Source of the DNA: Acidobacteriota bacterium
GTDB taxonomy: Bacteria > Acidobacteriota > Blastocatellia > Pyrinomonadales > Pyrinomonadaceae
NCBI GenBank assembly: GCA_021323895.1
Contig: JAJPKD010000147.1
Coordinates: 81 to 64,080 of the forward strand
Reading direction: 5' to 3'
Length of the DNA: 64,000 bases
The notes under the pieces were generated by a model, which worked only from the letters and a program-made list of their open reading frames with translations, made no database searches and was not told the origin of the DNA. The translations under genes were made by a program, and so were the position numbers. Below, in pieces: positions 44,892 through 55,553 of the stretch (positions are counted from its first letter, which is position 1; the number at the start of each line of letters is the position of its first letter).

Positions 44892-45389
44892 ATGTCGAAG
44901 AAGTATCCAGTCATTCTTGCAGTTCTCGTCGTTGTCGGCGCCGGCGCGTGGTATGCCTTTCGGCCAGAGCGGCTTTTTATTAATCAGCGAGTCAACGAAC
45001 AGTTTCCGACTGCGTCCGCGGCGAGCAACAAGCTCGTATCGGGTCAGTTTCATAGCGGGGCGCACGAGACCAAAGGGACCGCGACGGTTTTCGCAATGGC
45101 CGACGGAAAGAAGACGCTGCGGCTGACGGATTTCGCGACCTCGAATGGTCCCGACGTACACGTCTATCTCGTGGCCGCGGCGGACGCGAAGGACAACGAC
45201 ACCGTCAAGAATGCCGGCTTTGTGGATCTCGGCTCTTTGAAGGGAAACATTGGCGACCAAAACTACGACATTCCGGCGAATGTTGATTTGGCGAAGTATC
45301 GCGCCGCGACCATCTGGTGTGCCCGATTCAACGTCAACTTTGGCACTGCGCCATTGATGAATGATTCGATGCAATCGATGAATCGATAG
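44892..45389 (+). CDS. DM13 domain protein with N-terminal TM anchor
   Basis: 165 aa. GQFHSGAHETKGTATVF...LRLTDFATSNGPDVHVYL...ATIWCARFNVNFG is the DM13 signature. Confidence 0.7.
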   Translation: MSKKYPVILAVLVVVGAGAWYAFRPERLFINQRVNEQFPTASAASNKLVSGQFHSGAHETKGTATVFAMADGKKTLRLTDFATSNGPDVHVYLVAAADAKDNDTVKNAGFVDLGSLKGNIGDQNYDIPANVDLAKYRAATIWCARFNVNFGTAPLMNDSMQSMNR

Positions 45390-45419
45390 TTTCGAAACAG
45401 TGAGAACAAGCGAAAACGA

Positions 45420-45502
45420 GCCACAGATGAACACGGATAACCACAGATATGCACTTGGAGTGATTTGAATTTGTGTGAATCTGTGTCGTGTCCATCTGTG
45501 GC
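45420..45502. repeat. palindromic intergenic repeat, family A
   Basis: gccacagatgaacacggataaccacagatatgcac…gtgtgaatctgtgtcgtgtccatctgtggc. The termini gccacagatg and catctgtggc are perfect inverted repeats. Confidence 0.7.
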
Positions 45503-45551
45503 TAATTTGGAATCGCAGCCTCCATCAACTTGGTAAGTAGACGGAGCAATC

Positions 45552-47120
45552 ATGACGAACAACAACCATTACGACGTAATTATTATCGGCACGGGCGCAG
45601 GCGGCGGCACGCTGGCTTACAAGCTCGCGCCCTCCGGTAAGAAGATTCTTCTCCTCGAACGCGGCGATTACGTGCCGCGCGAGAAGGACAACTGGAGCAC
45701 GCGCGCAGTCAACCTCGAAGGCAAGTACAACACGAAGGAAGCCTGGCGCGACGTTGATGGAAAAGAGCTTCACCCGCACACGAACTACTTCGTCGGGGGC
45801 AACACGAAATTCTACGGCGCGGCTCTGTTCCGCCTGCGCAAAGAAGATTTCGGTGAGCTTCGTCATCACGGCGGCATCTCGCCGGCGTGGCCAATCAGCT
45901 ACGACGAGCTGGAGCCTTATTACACCGAAGCGGAACATCTCTATCAGGTGCACGGCACGCGCGGCGAAGATCCAACCGAGCCCTGGGCCAGCGCGCCCTA
46001 CAAGTATCCGGCGGTAAGCCACGAGCAGCGCATTCAACATCTGCACGATGATCTTGAGCGCGCCGGACTGAAGCCATTTCACGTGCCACTCGGCATTCGC
46101 ATCGATGAGAAGAATTCACGGCAGAGCCCGTGCATTCGGTGCAATACCTGCGACGGCCATCCGTGTTTGATTGGCGCCAAGGCTGACGCGCAGACGATCT
46201 GTGTCGATCCCGCACTTCAGCACGAGAACGTTTCGCTGATCACGAACGCGAAAGTGATGCGCCTGGAAACGAACGGCAATGCGCGTGAAGTAAGCAAGGT
46301 GATAGTCGAGCGCAATGGTGAGCGCGAGGAATATTCAGGCGACATCGTCGTTGTGTCCTGCGGCGCGGTTAATTCCTCAGCTTTGTTGCTGCGATCGGCG
46401 AATGACAGTCACCCGAACGGACTCGCGAATGGTTCAGATGTTGTCGGACGTCACTACATGGGACATATCAATTCGGTCTTGATGGCGCTTTCGAAGTGCC
46501 CAAACCCGACCGTCTTTCAAAAGACCCTGGCGATCAATGATTTCTATCTTGGCTCGAAGGATTGGGAATTCCCGATGGGCCACATCTCGTTTGTCGGAAA
46601 ACTCGACGCGGACACTTTGAAGGCCGGAGCGCCGGCGATCGCTCCCGGTTGGACTCTGGACTTGATGGCCAAACATTCATTGGATTTTTGGTTGACCTCA
46701 GAAGATCTACCTGACCCTGAGAACCGCGTGACCGTCGATCGCGATGGCGAGATTCGCGTGAGCTACAAGCTTAACAACGTCGAAGGTCACGATCGTTTGA
46801 AGGCTCATCTGCAAAAGGCAATGAAACAAACGAACTGCGACATTCACGGGCATGAATGTCACCAGGGTTTGTTTGCGCGGAACTTGTATCTAGGGCAGCG
46901 TCTGCCCCTGGCGGCGTTGGCGCATCAGAACGGCACCGTGCGCTTCGGTGATGATCCGAAGACTTCGGCGCTCGATCGCAACTGCAAAGCTCACGAAGTG
47001 GACAATCTCTACGTGGTCGATGCGAGCTTTTTCCCGTCAAGCGGCGCGGTTAATCCGGCGCTGACGATCATGGCAAACGCGCTGCGCGTGGGCGATCACT
47101 TGTTGGAGCGAATGAAATGA
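45552..47120 (+). CDS. GMC family FAD-dependent oxidoreductase
   Basis: 522 aa. YDVIIIGTGAGGGTLA is the FAD motif. The C-terminal ...LYVVDASFFPSSGAVNPALTIMANALR is the GMC_oxred_C signature. Confidence 0.85.
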   Translation: MTNNNHYDVIIIGTGAGGGTLAYKLAPSGKKILLLERGDYVPREKDNWSTRAVNLEGKYNTKEAWRDVDGKELHPHTNYFVGGNTKFYGAALFRLRKEDFGELRHHGGISPAWPISYDELEPYYTEAEHLYQVHGTRGEDPTEPWASAPYKYPAVSHEQRIQHLHDDLERAGLKPFHVPLGIRIDEKNSRQSPCIRCNTCDGHPCLIGAKADAQTICVDPALQHENVSLITNAKVMRLETNGNAREVSKVIVERNGEREEYSGDIVVVSCGAVNSSALLLRSANDSHPNGLANGSDVVGRHYMGHINSVLMALSKCPNPTVFQKTLAINDFYLGSKDWEFPMGHISFVGKLDADTLKAGAPAIAPGWTLDLMAKHSLDFWLTSEDLPDPENRVTVDRDGEIRVSYKLNNVEGHDRLKAHLQKAMKQTNCDIHGHECHQGLFARNLYLGQRLPLAALAHQNGTVRFGDDPKTSALDRNCKAHEVDNLYVVDASFFPSSGAVNPALTIMANALRVGDHLLERMK

Positions 47121-48208
47121 AACACGTCAAGATCTTCGTTCTTGGTTTACTGCTTACGCTGAGCGTCTTAGTTCAGACGACGACGGCTCAGTACCTGCCG
47201 ACGGACGCGCGTGCTCTCAACAGCTCGCGCGTCCCCTTCCTATTCGCTACCGACAAACCGAAGGTCGTTCCCTTGGTGGAGCAGGTTGGCGCAATCGGGA
47301 TGACGGTTTCCGACATGGACGCTTCGATTGATTTCTATTCGAAAGTGCTTTCATTCGAGAAAGTTTCCGACGTGGAAGTGACTGGCGAAGATTACGAGCG
47401 ACTACAAGGCGTGTTTGGGCTGCGCATGCGCGTGGTGCGCATGCGCCTGGGTGATGAGTTTATCGAGTTGACTGAATATCTCGCGCCGAAAGGCCGTCCG
47501 GTTCCTGTCGATTCGCGCAGCAACGATCGCTGGTTTCAGCACATCGCGATCATCACCAGCGACATGGACAAGGCTTACGCGCTGCTGCGACAGAACAAGG
47601 TCGAGCATGCTTCCACCGGTCCCCAACGCTTGCCCGATTGGAACAAAAACGCGGGCGGCATCAAGGCCTTTTACTTTCGCGATCCCGACAAGCACTGGTT
47701 AGAGATACTTCAATTTCCTGAAGGCAAGGGTGATGCGAAATGGCAGCGGAAGGATCGGCTATTCCTCGGCATCGATCACACGGCCATTGTGGTAAGCAAC
47801 ACGGAAGCGAGCCTGAAGTTTTATCGTGACGTCCTCGGTTTGCATATTGCCGGCACAAGTGAGAATTACGGCACCGAGCAGGAACATCTCAACGACGTGT
47901 TCGGCGCAAGGTTACGAATTACGAGTCTTCGAGCCGGAAGCGGGGGGCCAGGCATCGAGTTCCTCGAGTACCTTGCGCCGCGGGATGGGCGGCCCGCGCC
48001 GAGCGATGAGCGGGCGAGCGATCTGTTTCATTGGCAGACGACGCTCGTCGTTAATGCGGCTGATATGTTTCCGCAGAATTTGCTCGCCGGAAATTTTCGT
48101 TTTGTTTCGCCGGGCGTAGTGTCGATTACCGATGGGCGCTTAGGATTCAGCAAAGGCTTGCTCGCGCGCGATCCCGATGGCCATGTGATGGCGTTGGTTG
48201 AGAAATAA
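47117..48208 (+). CDS. secreted tandem VOC (glyoxalase-fold) domain protein
   Basis: 363 aa. It has a signal peptide and two VOC modules ([19 protein letters not shown]... and [23 protein letters not shown]...). An ATGA overlap joins it to the GMC gene. Confidence 0.7.
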   Translation: MKHVKIFVLGLLLTLSVLVQTTTAQYLPTDARALNSSRVPFLFATDKPKVVPLVEQVGAIGMTVSDMDASIDFYSKVLSFEKVSDVEVTGEDYERLQGVFGLRMRVVRMRLGDEFIELTEYLAPKGRPVPVDSRSNDRWFQHIAIITSDMDKAYALLRQNKVEHASTGPQRLPDWNKNAGGIKAFYFRDPDKHWLEILQFPEGKGDAKWQRKDRLFLGIDHTAIVVSNTEASLKFYRDVLGLHIAGTSENYGTEQEHLNDVFGARLRITSLRAGSGGPGIEFLEYLAPRDGRPAPSDERASDLFHWQTTLVVNAADMFPQNLLAGNFRFVSPGVVSITDGRLGFSKGLLARDPDGHVMALVEK

Positions 48209-48230
48209 CTCCGGAGCGTCTTTAACAGTT

Positions 48231-50894
48231 ATGGCTAAAGAGCGAAACAAGAGACAAGAGCTAACCGCCGAAGAGCGTCGGCTGGAAGAAGCGCGTCAAC
48301 GCACGAAGCATTGGAAGCGCTGGGGTCCATATCTCAGTGAGCGCGCGTGGGGAACCGTGCGTGAAGACTATAGCCCGTATGGCACGGCGTGGGACTATTT
48401 CCCGCACGATCACGCACGGTCGCGCGCTTACCGTTGGAACGAGGATGGACTCGCGGGCATCTCAGATCGTCATCAAAAAATTTGTTTTGCGCTGGCCTTA
48501 TGGAATGGGCACGATGCGATCTTGAAAGAACGCATTTTTGGTTTGACCGGAAGTGAAGGGAATCACGGAGAAGACGTCAAGGAATACTACTTCTATCTTG
48601 ATTCAACGCCGACGCACTCGTACATGCAGTACTTGTACAAGTATCCGCAGGCAGAATTTCCTTACGGGCAATTGGTGGAAGAGAATCGCCGGCGTGGCAA
48701 ACAGGCCGGAGAATTCGAACTGATCGACACCGGAATCTTTAACGAAGATCGGTACTTCGATGTCGTCGTTGAATATGCCAAGGCCGACGTCGAAGACATT
48801 CTGATCAAGATTACTGCGACTAATCACGGTCCGGAGGCGGCGGCTCTGAATCTTCTCCCGACAGTCTGGTTTCGTAATACTTGGACGTGGCACCAGAATG
48901 GAAGTGCCAAGCCGCGTCTGCGATTAGTCAGCGACGGTGTAATCGAACTTGAGGTGAATGAACTCGGCAAGCGTTGGTTGTACTGCGAAGGAGCGCGTGA
49001 ACTTCTCTTTACTGAGAACGATACGAACACGCAGAGGCTCTTCAACTCTGCGAATGGAAATCAACAGGTTAAGGACGGCATCAACGATTACATCGTCCAT
49101 GGTAATCAACACGCGGTTAACCCCGAGCAAGTGGGGACCAAGGCCGCCGCTAATTACAAACTGACAATAGCGCCCGGCGAGACGGCCACGGTCCGTTTGC
49201 GGCTCTCAGACAAGCCGCCAAAGAGTCAGGATGCATTCGCTGGTTTCGACAAGACATTCGCCGCGCGAATTCGCGAAGCCGACGAGTTCTATGAGACCGT
49301 AATCCCCAAACATCTTTCGCACGACGCGCGTACGGTTATGCGTCAATCGCTTGGTGGCTTGCTCTGGTCCAAGCAGTTCTATCATTACGTCATCGAGCAA
49401 TGGCTGGATGGCGATCCCGACACGCCGAAGCCGCCGGCGGAAAGACAGAAAGGCCGGAATCGAGAATGGAAGCATCTCTACAATGCCGACGTAATCTCGA
49501 TGCCGGATAAGTGGGAGTACCCTTGGTACGCCGCGTGGGACCTGGCCTTCCATTGCGTGCCGCTTGCCTTGGTTGATTCCGAATTCGCGAAGGATCAGCT
49601 CGTGCTGATGCTGCGCGAGTGGTACATGCATCCGAACGGGCAATTGCCGGCTTACGAGTGGGCCTTCGGCGATGTGAACCCGCCGGGTCATGCGTGGGCC
49701 GCGTGGCGTGTTTACAAGATTGAGAAGAAGCGACGCGGCGTCGGCGACACAGTTTTTCTGAAGCGAGTTTTTCAGAAGCTACTTTTGAATTTCACCTGGT
49801 GGGTCAATCGCAAAGACGCTGACGGTATGAATATCTTCCAGGGCGGTTTTCTCGGACTGGACAACATCGGAGTGTTCGATCGCAGCGCGCCATTGCCCAC
49901 CGGCGGTCACATCGCGCAATCAGACGGCACCAGCTGGATGGCGATGTATGCGCTCAACCTTCTGGCAATCGCGATGGAGCTGGCCAAAGAAGATCCGTCT
50001 TACGAAGATGTGGCGAGTAAGTTCTGGGAGCACTTTCTCTACATCGCGCACGCGATGAACAATCGCGGCGATGACGAAATCAGGTTATGGGATGAGCAGG
50101 ACGGGTTCTTTTACGACGTGCTGCATTTGCCCGAAGGCAAACCTTTTCCGATGAAAGTTCGCTCTATGGTGGGTTTGATTCCGCTATTCGCCGTCGAAAC
50201 CCTGGAGCCGGAGCTGCTCGAACACTTGCCGGACTTTAAGAAACGGATGGAATGGTTCATTGGCAATCGGCCTGACTTGATCCAGAACGTTGCCTGCATG
50301 CGCACGCCGGGCAATGCCGAGCGACGTTTGCTTTCGATCGTCAGTCAGGATCAGCTAAGAAGCGTGTTGCGGTACATGCTCGATGAAAACGAGTTTCTTT
50401 CGCCCTACGGCATTCGGGCGATTTCGCGATTCCACAAGGAACATCCATACGTGCTGCCAGTCAACGGCACAGAGCATCGGGTGGATTATGAGCCGGCCGA
50501 GTCGAGCACCGGATTGTTTGGCGGCAACTCAAACTGGCGCGGCCCGATCTGGTTTCCTCTCAACTATCTCTTGATCGAGTCGCTGCAAAAGTTTCATCAC
50601 TATCTGGGCGAAGATTTCAAGGTCGAATGTCCGACGGGCTCAGGGCAGATGATGACGCTTTGGGAAGTGGCCGGCGAGATCTCGAAGAGGCTTTCGCGAA
50701 TCTTCCTGCGAGATACTGAGCAGCGAAGGCCGGTCTTCGGTGCTGTCGAAAAGTTTCAGACCGATCCCAACTGGCGCGACCTGGTTCCGTTCCACGAGTA
50801 CTTTCACGGAGACAATGGCTCGGGCGTCGGCGCGAGTCATCAGACTGGGTGGACGGGCCTGGTCGCGAAGCTCCTGCAGCAGAGCGGTGAGTGA
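48231..50894 (+). CDS. GH63-like (MGH1-like) glycoside hydrolase / glucosidase
   Basis: The protein is about 887 aa. Its (alpha/alpha)6-barrel type sequence (…[14 protein letters not shown]…, …[14 protein letters not shown]…, …[14 protein letters not shown]…) resembles the mannosylglycerate hydrolase/glucosidase family. I preferred the ATG at 48231 over the TTG at 48198. Confidence 0.7.
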   Translation: MAKERNKRQELTAEERRLEEARQRTKHWKRWGPYLSERAWGTVREDYSPYGTAWDYFPHDHARSRAYRWNEDGLAGISDRHQKICFALALWNGHDAILKERIFGLTGSEGNHGEDVKEYYFYLDSTPTHSYMQYLYKYPQAEFPYGQLVEENRRRGKQAGEFELIDTGIFNEDRYFDVVVEYAKADVEDILIKITATNHGPEAAALNLLPTVWFRNTWTWHQNGSAKPRLRLVSDGVIELEVNELGKRWLYCEGARELLFTENDTNTQRLFNSANGNQQVKDGINDYIVHGNQHAVNPEQVGTKAAANYKLTIAPGETATVRLRLSDKPPKSQDAFAGFDKTFAARIREADEFYETVIPKHLSHDARTVMRQSLGGLLWSKQFYHYVIEQWLDGDPDTPKPPAERQKGRNREWKHLYNADVISMPDKWEYPWYAAWDLAFHCVPLALVDSEFAKDQLVLMLREWYMHPNGQLPAYEWAFGDVNPPGHAWAAWRVYKIEKKRRGVGDTVFLKRVFQKLLLNFTWWVNRKDADGMNIFQGGFLGLDNIGVFDRSAPLPTGGHIAQSDGTSWMAMYALNLLAIAMELAKEDPSYEDVASKFWEHFLYIAHAMNNRGDDEIRLWDEQDGFFYDVLHLPEGKPFPMKVRSMVGLIPLFAVETLEPELLEHLPDFKKRMEWFIGNRPDLIQNVACMRTPGNAERRLLSIVSQDQLRSVLRYMLDENEFLSPYGIRAISRFHKEHPYVLPVNGTEHRVDYEPAESSTGLFGGNSNWRGPIWFPLNYLLIESLQKFHHYLGEDFKVECPTGSGQMMTLWEVAGEISKRLSRIFLRDTEQRRPVFGAVEKFQTDPNWRDLVPFHEYFHGDNGSGVGASHQTGWTGLVAKLLQQSGE

Positions 50895-50897
50895 GCG

Positions 50898-51057
50898 TCA
50901 GAAGCCCGACCGTCAGGGAGGGCAACGTGCGAGAAGAATCAGCCACAGATTTGCACAGATAAACGCGGATTAGAACAGTCTGCTGATCTGTGTAAATCTG
51001 CGTTCATCTGCGGCCAATTGTTTCCTATCTTGCCCTCCCTGACGGTCGGGCTTCTGA
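50898..51057. repeat. nested composite repeat: 28-bp perfect inverted repeats (family B) enclosing a family A element
   Basis: tcagaagcccgaccgtcagggagggcaa (50898-50925) is the exact reverse complement of 51030-51057. The interior (50942-51014) is gccacagatttgcacagataaacgcggat…atctgtgtaaatctgcgttcatctgcggc. Confidence 0.85.
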
Positions 51058-51066
51058 TACTTTCCT

Positions 51067-51095
51067 TGTAAGGAATCCCGCTTCAACCCGACTCA
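51067..51095 (+). promoter_or_regulatory. promoter-like motif TGTAAGG-N15-CGACTCA
   Basis: It lies 34 nt upstream of the ATG at 51129, immediately after the composite repeat. Confidence 0.45.
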
Positions 51096-51128
51096 TGATT
51101 GTTCGGCTAATCAAGCAGAAGGAACCCG

Positions 51129-52124
51129 ATGATCATGAGCGCCATTTCACCCCAGCAACGGTTTTCGAATAAGCCTTCGGTTCGCAGATTCACCTCTCAT
51201 TCAAGACGCAGCGAACGCTGGGCAGTCATCCTGGCGGGAGGAGACGGCACGCGTCTGCAATCTATGACGCGCACTATTACTGGCGATGACCGACCGAAAC
51301 AATTTGTGCCCATCATCGGTGGCAGCACGTTGCTGGATCAGACTCGGTCCCGCGTGGCGTTGTCAGTTTTGCCGGGCCGCACCTTATTTGTCGTTACCGA
51401 AAAGCATCGACGTTTCTATCAGTCTTTGAGTCAAAGTGTTTCGCCAAATCTTCTGCTTGAGCAGCCTGCGAATAAAGGCACCGCGCCGGCAATTCTTTAT
51501 GCGTTGATGCGCGTGGCAGCGAAGTCCCCCAAAGCCATCGTCGCCTTGTTTCCTTCTGATCATTACTTTGCCGATGACGAGGAATTCATGTCGCATGTGG
51601 ACGCTGCTTTCGACGCCGTGCAGGCAGAGCCAAACGCCGTGACGTTACTGGGCATCACGCCGACCGCCCCTGAAACTGAATACGGTTGTATCGAACCCCA
51701 GCGCTCAATACTTGGCAGTCTGCCCCGATCAATTACGCGCGTCAGCCGATTCTGGGAAAAGCCAAACGCAAACGTGGCTCGCTCTCTGATGGACCAGGGA
51801 TGCCTGTGGAACAGCTTTGTGATGTTCGGCCGCATAGACGCATTACTGAAAATGACGCGCACGGCTTTACCCGAGATGTTCTCGCAGTTCGCCTCGATTG
51901 TGCCGACGTTTGAAACTCGAGCTGAGCGAAAAGCGCTCCAGGACCTGTATGCGGAAATTCAAGAGAGCAATTTTTCTCATGAGGTCTTGGCGGCTCGGCC
52001 CGAAGATCTGAGAGTAATGCGAGTCGGCGATGTTGGCTGGAGCGACCTTGGCGAGCCGGCGCGCGTGCTGGCAACACTGGCACGCATGGGATTTCAAACG
52101 GAAATGGCAATGTCGGCCAGCTAA
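51129..52124 (+). CDS. sugar-phosphate nucleotidyltransferase (mannose-1-phosphate guanylyltransferase-like)
   Basis: 331 aa. WAVILAGGDGTRLQSMTR...PKQF is the NTP-transferase G-rich loop. ...FPSDHY... and GYGCIEP-like motifs are present. Confidence 0.75.
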   Translation: MIMSAISPQQRFSNKPSVRRFTSHSRRSERWAVILAGGDGTRLQSMTRTITGDDRPKQFVPIIGGSTLLDQTRSRVALSVLPGRTLFVVTEKHRRFYQSLSQSVSPNLLLEQPANKGTAPAILYALMRVAAKSPKAIVALFPSDHYFADDEEFMSHVDAAFDAVQAEPNAVTLLGITPTAPETEYGCIEPQRSILGSLPRSITRVSRFWEKPNANVARSLMDQGCLWNSFVMFGRIDALLKMTRTALPEMFSQFASIVPTFETRAERKALQDLYAEIQESNFSHEVLAARPEDLRVMRVGDVGWSDLGEPARVLATLARMGFQTEMAMSAS

Positions 52125-52160
52125 TAACTTCAACCAATCTAATACTTAATCCGAGGGCTA

Positions 52161-53267
52161 ATGATGAAAGCAATCGCAGTCAAACCAGGAGTACCAGACA
52201 CAGTTCATCTCGCCGAATTACCGGCACCGAAAGTTACCGACGTTCCGAACGGGCGCGGCGTGCTGGTGCGCGTTCTGCGCGTTGGCGTTGATGGCACTGA
52301 CAAGGAAATCAACGCGGCTGAATATGGCCAGGCACCCGCCGGATATGACTTTCTGGTGATCGGTCACGAAGGTTTTGGCCAAGTAGAAGCTGTCGGTCCA
52401 AACGTGACCGAAGTGAAGCCGGGCGATTATGTCGTCGCGACGGTGCGCCGTCCGGGTTCGAGCATCTACGATCTGATCGGCACCAACGACATGACGACGG
52501 ACGATACGTACTTTGAGCGGGGCATCAATCTGCGCCACGGCTACATGAGTCAGTACTACGTCGATGATGCGGATTACATCGTGAAGATTCCTCAGGGTCT
52601 GAAAGAAGTGGGCGTGCTTCTTGAGCCGACCACCGTAGTAGAGAAGGGAATCGCACAAGCCTACGAAATTCAACGTCGTCTTCGCGTGTGGAAACCAAAG
52701 CGCGCCGCGGTCATGGGCGCTGGAACGATTGGCCTGCTGGCAACTTTGGTACTTCGCCTCAAGGGTTTGCAGGTGACGACATTCGGCAAAACGCCGAAGC
52801 CTTACTTGAATTCGGATTTGATCGAAGCGATCGGTGCCACCTATCAATCGACAGACGAACTTTCAATTCTCGAAGGCGCAAAGAAATACGGTCAGTTCGA
52901 CCTCATTTTCGAAGCGACAGGTTTTTCACCAGTCGTGTTCGATAGCATGCAAGCGCTTGGCAAGAACGGCGTGTTGGTCTTGTCCAGCGTTACGGGCGGC
53001 GATCGCAAAGTTGAAGTGCCCGCCGACAGAATCAATCTTGAGTTTGTGCTCGGCAACAAAGTCATGGTCGGCACAGTGAACGCGAATCGCGAATACTTCG
53101 AGATTGGCGTTAAGGACTTGGCGCAAGCCGAAGCCGAGTATCCCGGCTGGCTTCCGCGTTTGCTGACCCATCCCGTCAAAGGCCTTGAGAATTATCAGGA
53201 GCTATTTGCGAAGCTCACGAATCCGAATGGCGCGATCAAAGTCTTCTGCGAAGTGGCGCCGCTGTGA
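52161..53267 (+). CDS. zinc-dependent glucose 1-dehydrogenase (MDR superfamily)
   Basis: 368 aa. MKAIAVKPG...[21 protein letters not shown]...[12 protein letters not shown] and the GAGTIGLL Rossmann motif resemble archaeal-type glucose dehydrogenase. Confidence 0.7.
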   Translation: MMKAIAVKPGVPDTVHLAELPAPKVTDVPNGRGVLVRVLRVGVDGTDKEINAAEYGQAPAGYDFLVIGHEGFGQVEAVGPNVTEVKPGDYVVATVRRPGSSIYDLIGTNDMTTDDTYFERGINLRHGYMSQYYVDDADYIVKIPQGLKEVGVLLEPTTVVEKGIAQAYEIQRRLRVWKPKRAAVMGAGTIGLLATLVLRLKGLQVTTFGKTPKPYLNSDLIEAIGATYQSTDELSILEGAKKYGQFDLIFEATGFSPVVFDSMQALGKNGVLVLSSVTGGDRKVEVPADRINLEFVLGNKVMVGTVNANREYFEIGVKDLAQAEAEYPGWLPRLLTHPVKGLENYQELFAKLTNPNGAIKVFCEVAPL

Positions 53268-53328
53268 TCCTCAGTGTCGTCGGTGGTTAGAAGTATTCAC
53301 CACGGAGGACACAGAGAGGAACAAAACG

Positions 53329-55350
53329 ATGATTCAAATCAAAGAAGAAATCTTGGGCAATCTCGAAACGGCCCTTACGCGCGAATGGCTGGAAACGAAC
53401 GGCATTGGCGGCTTTTCGTCTTCGACGATCGTAGGTCTGAACACGCGCCGCTATCACGGATTGCTGACCGCCGCGACTAGGCCGCCCGTTGGGCGTCTGG
53501 TCCTGCTTTCAAAATTGGAAGAGACGCTGATTATCGATGGCCGCCGTTACGAACTGTCCACGAATCAGTATCCGAGCGCGGTGCATCTGCTGGGCTTCAA
53601 GTATCTAATCGGCTTTCGGCTCGATCCTTTTCCGACCTACACATATGAAGTTGAGGGCGTGCGATTTGAGAAGTCTGTGTTCATGGTGCAGGGAGAGAAC
53701 ACCACCGTTGTGCAATATGAACTGATCGGAGCCCTCCCGAACGATCGCAGCTATGCCCCAATCGTGTTAGAGGTTCGTCCACTGATAGCCTTTCGCGATT
53801 ATCACAGCACTACGCATGAAAACGGCGCGCTGAATTCAAACGTGGAAACTGCGAGTGGATTGACGACAGTCAAGCCGTACGGCGATCTGCCTGCGTTGCA
53901 TCTGGCGCACGGTGTCGCCCAGATCGACGCGAACGGTTTTTGGTATCGCGACTTTCAATATGCGGTTGAGCAAGAGCGCGGTCTCGACTTCGCCGAAGAT
54001 CTGTTCAGCCCGTGTGCTTTCAATTTTGATCTGACTGCGAGCTCAAAGGTGAGCATTATCGCGTCAACTGAGCGCCGCGCTGTCAATCAGGCGGATGCTT
54101 TCCGCAGAGTGGAGTTAAAGCGACGAGAACTTCTGGGCGGAAACCCGGCGCGGGCCGAAGCAAACCCACTGGTCAATGCGCTCTCAGCCGCCGCCGATCA
54201 ATTCATCGTCGCCCGCGAGCGCTGCAAGACTGTGATCGCCGGCTATCATTGGTTCGCCGACTGGGGCCGCGACACGATGATCGCTCTGCCGGGTTTGGCC
54301 CTAACGACTGGTCACGCCGAAATTGCGAAGAGCATTCTCGCGGAATTCGCAAATCATGTCGATCAGGGAATGCTTCCCAACCGTTTTCCGGATGCGGGCG
54401 AGACTCCTGAATACAACACGGTCGATGCGACGCTCTGGTTCTTTGAAGCGGTGCGCTCGCTTCTGAAACATACGAATGACTTCGAGTTCGTGCGCGCCAA
54501 CCTCTACGTAGTCTTGACTGAAATCATCGATTGGCACGTCAAGGGCACTCGTTATCAAATTCATGCTGACGATGACGGGCTGCTTTACTCAGGCGAGCCG
54601 GGCGTGCAACTGACCTGGATGGATGCGAAGGTAGGGGACTGGGTCGTCACTCCGAGGTATGGGAAACCCGTTGAGATTCAAGCGCTTTGGTACAACGCCT
54701 TGCGTGTGATGGAACAACTCGCCGCGAAATTCAAAGACACAAAGGCGAAGAAGAAGTACGCCGCGATGGCTGCCAAAGCGCGCGCAAGTTTTAATCAGCT
54801 CTTTTGGAATGAAGAAGCTGGGTGTCTTTACGACGTTGTGAACGGCGACGTGCGCGACGCTTCGATTAGGCCTAATCAAGTGATCGCGATCAGCCTGGCC
54901 AATTCAATGCCTTCCAAGGACCGAGCCGCCAGGGTTCTGCGTGTGGTCGAAAGTGAGTTGCTGACACCACGAGGACTCCGAACCCTCTCTCCGCGCGACC
55001 CGAATTACATCGGAAGATACGAAGGTGATCCGCGCACTCGCGACGGAGCTTATCACCAAGGAACCGTCTGGCCGTGGTTGATGGGGCCTTTCATTACGGC
55101 TTACGTGAAAACATTTGGCGCAAGAGTTGGCCGAAAGTTCGCCAGCGAATGGTTGTCCCAGTTTCAGGAGCACTTGAACGAAGCTTGCCTGGGCGAAGTC
55201 TCAGAAATCTTCGATGGCGATGCCCCCCACACACCGCGTGGTTGTGTCGCACAGGCATGGAGTGTCTCTGAGCTTTTGCGCGCGGCGGGTGAAGACGCTT
55301 ATGCGAAGAAGGAATTGTCGGCCTCCAAGGCGTCGGCGAAGGGTGTATGA
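53329..55350 (+). CDS. glycogen debranching enzyme family protein (GDE N-terminal domain plus amylo-alpha-1,6-glucosidase)
   Basis: It starts [10 protein letters not shown]...[29 protein letters not shown] (GDE_N). Later [19 protein letters not shown] and [15 protein letters not shown] mark GDE_C. The track start at 53185 overlaps the previous gene. Confidence 0.85.
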   Translation: MIQIKEEILGNLETALTREWLETNGIGGFSSSTIVGLNTRRYHGLLTAATRPPVGRLVLLSKLEETLIIDGRRYELSTNQYPSAVHLLGFKYLIGFRLDPFPTYTYEVEGVRFEKSVFMVQGENTTVVQYELIGALPNDRSYAPIVLEVRPLIAFRDYHSTTHENGALNSNVETASGLTTVKPYGDLPALHLAHGVAQIDANGFWYRDFQYAVEQERGLDFAEDLFSPCAFNFDLTASSKVSIIASTERRAVNQADAFRRVELKRRELLGGNPARAEANPLVNALSAAADQFIVARERCKTVIAGYHWFADWGRDTMIALPGLALTTGHAEIAKSILAEFANHVDQGMLPNRFPDAGETPEYNTVDATLWFFEAVRSLLKHTNDFEFVRANLYVVLTEIIDWHVKGTRYQIHADDDGLLYSGEPGVQLTWMDAKVGDWVVTPRYGKPVEIQALWYNALRVMEQLAAKFKDTKAKKKYAAMAAKARASFNQLFWNEEAGCLYDVVNGDVRDASIRPNQVIAISLANSMPSKDRAARVLRVVESELLTPRGLRTLSPRDPNYIGRYEGDPRTRDGAYHQGTVWPWLMGPFITAYVKTFGARVGRKFASEWLSQFQEHLNEACLGEVSEIFDGDAPHTPRGCVAQAWSVSELLRAAGEDAYAKKELSASKASAKGV

Positions 55351-55508
55351 ATAGTTGCTCTCGCCAGTCAGGAGTCATAGAATTTCAAGCGAATCCGCTT
55401 GGCAGTGACCTGCGTATATAGATTATGGAGAGGGAAATGCTAAATCACTTCTTATTAGTTCGGCTCTCTCCTGTTTGATACACTTAGTAACCAAGAAGAA
55501 TTGAAGAT

Positions 55509-55553
55509 TGGTGCCGAGGGAGGGATTCGACCCCTCACGGGATTACTCCCAAC
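55509..55553 (-). repeat. partial copy (3' 45 nt) of the tRNA-Leu(UAA) at 61814-61899; att-like direct repeat
   Basis: tggtgccgagggagggattcgaCccctcacgggattactcccaac differs from 61814-61858 at one position. Weaker similarity (attaagtcc) continues to about 55563. Confidence 0.8.

Noticed and set aside
53185-53328. The ORF track extends the debranching-enzyme ORF upstream to 53185.
   Set aside because: The extension overlaps the glucose dehydrogenase gene and is Arg-rich. The conserved GDE N-terminus begins at MIQIKEE (53329).
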